Assembly: GCA_965248575.1 (NCBI GenBank)
Contig: CBDFJQ010000002.1
Coordinates: 4,416,001-4,480,000 of the forward strand
Direction of reading: 5' to 3'
DNA length: 64,000 nt
Source: Planctomycetota bacterium
Lineage (GTDB): Bacteria > Planctomycetota > B15-G4
The notes beneath the pieces were generated by a model. It saw only the letters and a program-made list of their open reading frames with translations. It was not told where the DNA came from and made no database searches. Numbering within the stretch: the first letter of the stretch is position 1; every line of letters begins with the position of its first letter. Below are positions 60,001 to 64,000 of this stretch, piece after piece. The position numbers and the translations under genes were made by a program.

Positions 60001-63000
60001 TCGTTCAACTTCTTCACTGCCTTCGTGGACGACAGCACCCAGAGTTGCGCTGGCAGTGCCCAGCAGTGCGCCATCGATCTGGAGGCTGTCCTGGCAAGTG
60101 GATACTCCGCCTCGGCCGTGGGTGCGTGGAGTCTCGAGGCGGAGGCCATCACCTACAAGATGTTGATGAGCATGTTGCACGGCAGCTACACCGACCTGCG
60201 CAGCTTGCAAGCCGATGCCCACGCGCTCGGCATCGCCATCAGCTGGCCCATCGCCTTGGCCGACACGGCGCTCAACGACTTCCAAGCGTCCATCACGGCC
60301 TTCGACCCTGCGGCCTTCGAGGCCGCGCGCCAGCAGGTGGAGAATGACTACAACGCCCTCGTGCTGCTGCTGGCACAACTGGCCAGCGGCAATGAAGGGG
60401 CGAGCCTGCAGGACCTGACGGACCTGTTCGCCGTCGCCGCCGCGAATGCCGCCACGCTCAACGACCTCATCGCAGGCTTCGACGAGCTCGCCCTGCACGT
60501 GGATGGCTTGGATGATCTGCTGCTCATGAAGGGCGCCACGGTGCGTTCGGGATTCAACGCCGGCCAGGTGGACTCCATGGGTGGATACGTGGTGCCGAAC
60601 ATCCCCGTGACGGGCGGACCGCAGCGGGTGGAGGTTGTCTTGCAGGCCGGGGACATCACCCTCTACGGGCGCTCGGTCTTCGTCGCTACGGTCGCCCAGC
60701 AAGGCACCAACAGCGGCCCCATCGTGCTCAGCGCCACGCCCTTGGCTGAGTTGGTCTCCATGGAAGCCGAACTCATGGGCGGCTTGAACGTCATCGACAC
60801 GCTGGAGGTGCCTGTGGCGGTGAGCGTCATGGCGGACTTCAGCGATGGCAGCAGTTCCAGTTTGGTCGGGTTCGACGACGGCCTCAGTTACAGCTCCAGC
60901 AACGCGACGCTGCTCAGCGTGGATGTCGACGGCATGGCCACCGCCCATCAGGCGGGGCTGGTCTTGCTCTCCGTGAACCGCGAGGGCTCCGTGAGTTCCT
61001 TCTTGGTGAACATCACGCCGGGCACTTCGGTCACCACCGTCAGCGGCATGGTGGTGGACAACAGCATGACCCCCGTGGTGGGCGCCGACGTCACGACCAA
61101 TGAAGGCGGCATGGGGACCAGCATCGCCAACGGTCTCTTCGACCTGGTGGACGAACTGGCCAGCTCAGCCACGCTCGATGTGTCGGCCGAGATGGGCATG
61201 CTTTTCGGATTCACCCTCGACGTTCCGGTGGTCTCTGAGGGCACGACTCAAGCGGGCTTCGTGGTCATCGACCTGGATACCGACGGCGACGGCCTGCCCG
61301 ATTGGTACGAGACGAATCTCTACGCCACCGATCCAGCCCTGGCAGACAGCGATGGTGACGGCCTCGACGATGGCGTCGAGGTGCTGCAGTTGGGCACAGA
61401 CCCCACTCTTGCGGACAGCGACAGCGACAGCTTCGACGACGGAACCGAGAACGCCCTCGGCTCCGACCCCAATGTCTTTGACGCTCCCACCACCGTCGTG
61501 GGCAGCCTGATGCTGGAAGGTGGCGGCGTGCCCGCCAACGGCTTGGCGCACATCCTCGGTGTCTCCACCGATCTCTTCGAGGCGCCGGCCGACGGCGGCG
61601 GCGACTTCAGCTTCGCGCCCTTCCCCGCCAGCCTGACGCCCGTCGTGGTGCTGGGCTCCGCCCCCGGTGGTTTCGCCGGCAGCTCCGCCCAGACCGCCAC
61701 CGTGCCCAACGGCACCACCGACGTGGGCGATGTCCTGCTCGACATCTCCCTCGACCCACTCTATCTGGGCCGCAGGTTCGACATCGGCCAAGGGGCCATC
61801 GCCATGGACCAAGGGGATATGGACGGAGACGGTCGCCCCGACCTGGCGATCTGCCTGCAACTTGAGAGCGGCGTGGAGATCCTGCTCGGGCAGGCCAACG
61901 GCAGCTTCGTGACGGCAGGGATCGTGACCCCCGTCGCAGCCCCCCAAGGCCTGGCCCTGGATGACTTTGACGGAGACGATGTGCTGGACCTCGCCGTGTC
62001 GGACAACACCGGCGCCGTCCACATCTTCCTCGGCAATGGCGACGGCAGTTTCACCTTCGACGCCTTCTACAACGTGGTCGGGGCTTCGCTGGACGTGCTC
62101 AGCTTCGACTGCAACGGCGACCTGCTGGCCGACCTGCACATGATGACCAACGGCGGCAATGTGACCACCTTGCTCGGCAACGGCGACGGCACTTTCGGTG
62201 CAGCGAACGCCGTTCTGGTGGAGAACTCTCCGCGCTCCATGAAGGCCGGCTTGATCAACGGCGACGCCTTCATGGACATCGCCGTCACCAACGTCGGCGG
62301 GAAATCCCTGAGCGTCCTGCTCGGCGACGGAGCGGGCAGCTTCGTGCCGCTCACCCCGCACGATTTCCCAGGCTCTCCCGGGGAGGTCGCGCTGGGGCTC
62401 TTCGACAACGACGCGGTGCTGGACGCCGCTGTCGGCAGCGCCAACACGGGCAGCACCCGGATCCTGATCGGTAATGGCGACGGCACCTTCAACGAGATCG
62501 CCGGCCTCGACGCCGGCTTCCGGGCGCAGGATCTGCTGAGCCTCGACTTGGACAAGAACGGCACGGACGACCTCGTGCAAGCCACGCCCGACGGCAAGGA
62601 TGTGCGCGTCATGCTGGGCAATGGCGACGGCACCTTTGCGGCCTTCCAAGACTATGGAGTGGGCGTCGGGCCCGGACACATGGTGGTGGCCGACCTGAAC
62701 GGCGACGGCGAACTGGATGCGGCCGTGGCCAACACGACTTCAAAGGACGTCTCAGTGCTCCTGGGTGTCGGCGATGGCAGCTTCCGGGTGGCGCCCCGAC
62801 ACGACACGGGCAGCGATTCCGTCTCGGCAGCGCTGGGCGATGTCGATGGGGACACCGAGCTCGACCTGCTCGTCGCAAACCGATCTTTCGGCAGCGCCAA
62901 GGTGCTGCTGGGCGACGGCCTGGGCGACTTCGGCGCCTCGCTCACCGTGAGCCTCCCTTCCACCAACGACTTCGTGGCACTCGCCTTCTTTGATGGGGAC

Positions 63001-63816
63001 AGCAACCTCGACATGCTGGGATTCAAGGCCAACTCAGACACGGTGCAGGTGCGCCTGGGTTTGGGAAATGGCGACTTCGGCCCAGCCATGAGTGTCTACT
63101 CGGGCAGCTTCCTCACGGGCATCGCGCTGGGCACATTGGACGCAGGCAACACCGTCGACCTGTTGGTGACGAACCGCCTCACCTCCGACTTCACGGTTCT
63201 GCTCGGAAACGGCGATGGCACTTTCGTGCAGCAAACGAACGAGATGGTGAGCGTGAGCCCCGGGCTGGTGCAACTCGGCGATCTCGACGGCAACGGAAGT
63301 CTCGATGCCGTGATGCTCGAACTGCTGGGCGGCGGCGTCGAGATCTCCATCAACGACGGTTCGGCGGACTTCAGCCCCGCCGCCGTGCCGTTCATCGCAT
63401 TCCCCAAGGTGGCCAGAGGCCTGCAGCTGGCCGACCTGGACGGCAATGGTGAGCTCGACATCATCGCCACTTCCGACAACGACAACGCTCTGTATGTCTT
63501 GCTTGGGAATGGCGACGGCAGCTTCGGAGCGCTCACAAGCTTCGATCAGACCGTTGCGGGCGTCGATCCCACCAGCCCGGTCAGCGCCGACTTCAACGGG
63601 GACGGTGCCGTCGACGTCGCTCTCCTGAACGCGCAGTTCAACCAGGTCGCCGTGCTGCTCGGGGACGGCGCCGGTGGATTCCTGGAACGCCAGATCTTCG
63701 ATGCCGGGCCGAAGGCCCGCGACCTGCTCGTGGGGCAACTCGATGCCGACGGTCTACCCGACCTGATCGTCATCAACGAGGTCAACACACTCTCCTGGGT
63801 CCTCCTGCACCAGTAG
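57052..63816 (+). CDS. Giant secreted protein (~2250 aa): Ig/invasin-like domains, Ca-binding DxDGDG repeats, FG-GAP/VCBS repeats
   Basis: GDNQ.G Big-like units, DTDGDGLPD, many D.NGDG..D...LLG.GDG.F repeats. Confidence 0.92.
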   Translation: MASRFIHQFMHRFMDWPLITLLAAVFVCFSGSAQAQAFDAGLLPKDIFFGDIEDGSDVDVLIFEALRDTKLTISLAAKKPGALLASLKLVNLSDASVVAQVDAIKSKLKLVVLAPETGPYRLEISSSDGSIGPYQAGYKEKLSKTVSKIKVDEDVAGGADFDTDFDALQGFQLSGKLQRFPKKSGALPGAPDLLRPNAGGAFSLDANTLKVNKKGDRYTLKKAVLDASGTWTLRSVNGGTQGGLRSRLSLKRIKQKKRKILETASPDSLPAPSLDSLLAMTAASNLPVSGSDVMPFGKVQVEGGAMTVVVSANADGEFAASVPLKPNAVQSLFVSQLLSGEQGLAATHEVVQDSSPPTLIIDFPVDGAVLGSASTNVSGRVGDLLSGFVGLSVTVNGSDAAVSIGVGTNGSFDLAGVPLDSSGATTLEAIASDVLGNTTSTSINVLFKESTGASLDIMAGDNQMGSVQSSLATALTVRLSNAADAPLLGRPVSFRVVKSDGMLSTGTDSAAQLITSLSDAQGLASVQWQLGSDAGMGNNRVEVTASGVPGALYFNASAAGSTAKQLAIGTGNDQMAQAGSTLSQALSVWVTDGLNGVAGVSVSFDVDSGEGGLLAVGSAGTPVAQLNALTDLSGHAAVRWVLGETVGLNEVSADFSGNQGDSAKFRAQGLVQEFMATRFNGLVLDNSKRALGGALCEMTFNDGTTVSTSTGVDGRFEFDQLPLAGQAQLAVHGDTATTLGGDAINSAILGFPELHFSTFIVAGAPNALPRPVLLPPLDPTAALIFDGSEDLELMLPEVEGLRFFLAAETEVRHPDGSLVSAGNPIALSLSPVHVDDIPMPFADGANPPFAWTLQPGGTTFDPPLSLEMPNLAGLPAGAVAYFISFNHATMRFEIVSNATVSADATKITSDPGQGITVSGWGGICPPYPNQATFCPSDDINCLLPPELMVLTNDSDDEETDEIEPAKGSAQSAMQSATGAPGSESFNFFTAFVDDSTQSCAGSAQQCAIDLEAVLASGYSASAVGAWSLEAEAITYKMLMSMLHGSYTDLRSLQADAHALGIAISWPIALADTALNDFQASITAFDPAAFEAARQQVENDYNALVLLLAQLASGNEGASLQDLTDLFAVAAANAATLNDLIAGFDELALHVDGLDDLLLMKGATVRSGFNAGQVDSMGGYVVPNIPVTGGPQRVEVVLQAGDITLYGRSVFVATVAQQGTNSGPIVLSATPLAELVSMEAELMGGLNVIDTLEVPVAVSVMADFSDGSSSSLVGFDDGLSYSSSNATLLSVDVDGMATAHQAGLVLLSVNREGSVSSFLVNITPGTSVTTVSGMVVDNSMTPVVGADVTTNEGGMGTSIANGLFDLVDELASSATLDVSAEMGMLFGFTLDVPVVSEGTTQAGFVVIDLDTDGDGLPDWYETNLYATDPALADSDGDGLDDGVEVLQLGTDPTLADSDSDSFDDGTENALGSDPNVFDAPTTVVGSLMLEGGGVPANGLAHILGVSTDLFEAPADGGGDFSFAPFPASLTPVVVLGSAPGGFAGSSAQTATVPNGTTDVGDVLLDISLDPLYLGRRFDIGQGAIAMDQGDMDGDGRPDLAICLQLESGVEILLGQANGSFVTAGIVTPVAAPQGLALDDFDGDDVLDLAVSDNTGAVHIFLGNGDGSFTFDAFYNVVGASLDVLSFDCNGDLLADLHMMTNGGNVTTLLGNGDGTFGAANAVLVENSPRSMKAGLINGDAFMDIAVTNVGGKSLSVLLGDGAGSFVPLTPHDFPGSPGEVALGLFDNDAVLDAAVGSANTGSTRILIGNGDGTFNEIAGLDAGFRAQDLLSLDLDKNGTDDLVQATPDGKDVRVMLGNGDGTFAAFQDYGVGVGPGHMVVADLNGDGELDAAVANTTSKDVSVLLGVGDGSFRVAPRHDTGSDSVSAALGDVDGDTELDLLVANRSFGSAKVLLGDGLGDFGASLTVSLPSTNDFVALAFFDGDSNLDMLGFKANSDTVQVRLGLGNGDFGPAMSVYSGSFLTGIALGTLDAGNTVDLLVTNRLTSDFTVLLGNGDGTFVQQTNEMVSVSPGLVQLGDLDGNGSLDAVMLELLGGGVEISINDGSADFSPAAVPFIAFPKVARGLQLADLDGNGELDIIATSDNDNALYVLLGNGDGSFGALTSFDQTVAGVDPTSPVSADFNGDGAVDVALLNAQFNQVAVLLGDGAGGFLERQIFDAGPKARDLLVGQLDADGLPDLIVINEVNTLSWVLLHQ

Positions 63817-64000
63817 GCATGCAGCGGCAGTCATGCACTGGGCGTCATTCGGGGTCGTGAAATTGCGCAGGCCGGGTGACGCTGAAACCCTGAAAGGGAC
63901 TCCCCCAGACTCACAGACAGCTCACGACTCCCTAGCCTTGACCGATCGGTGTAAGTGATAGGCTCCGGGTCATGACTCCCGGACCCTCCAAGCGATTCGA

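Noticed and set aside
56161..63836. 13-bp match gcggcagtcatgc downstream of two genes
   Set aside because: Too short and not extendable

Overview
A high-GC bacterial accessory region, probably Planctomycetota. This guess rests on the many secreted proteins with a shared C-terminal domain, a kinase-FGE-hydrolase fusion and a TMTC-like gene. The window holds about 45 functionally unrelated, mostly stand-alone genes (secreted or lipoproteins, regulators, hydrolases, RNase D, zeta-carbonic anhydrase, SWIM-SNF2, a giant FG-GAP protein). I found no rRNA, complete tRNA, CRISPR array or intact transposase/integrase. The main hidden structure is intergenic: a degenerate ~37-bp motif (about GATCCGSAACACGRGGGGCWWTGWWTCGCCTMTSCTC) recurs at least 11 times on the + strand, with about 7 weaker copies, between single genes or small gene groups. 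In several places it is preceded by a relic reading R-G-P-P-E-L-F-stop. This combination resembles the transposase C-terminus plus oriIS end of IS91/ISCR rolling-circle elements. I infer a co-oriented array of non-autonomous, oriIS-delimited gene cassettes, with duplicated and deletion-compressed gene relics between them. Family assignments come from motifs recognised by eye and from recalled consensus sequences, not from database searches.
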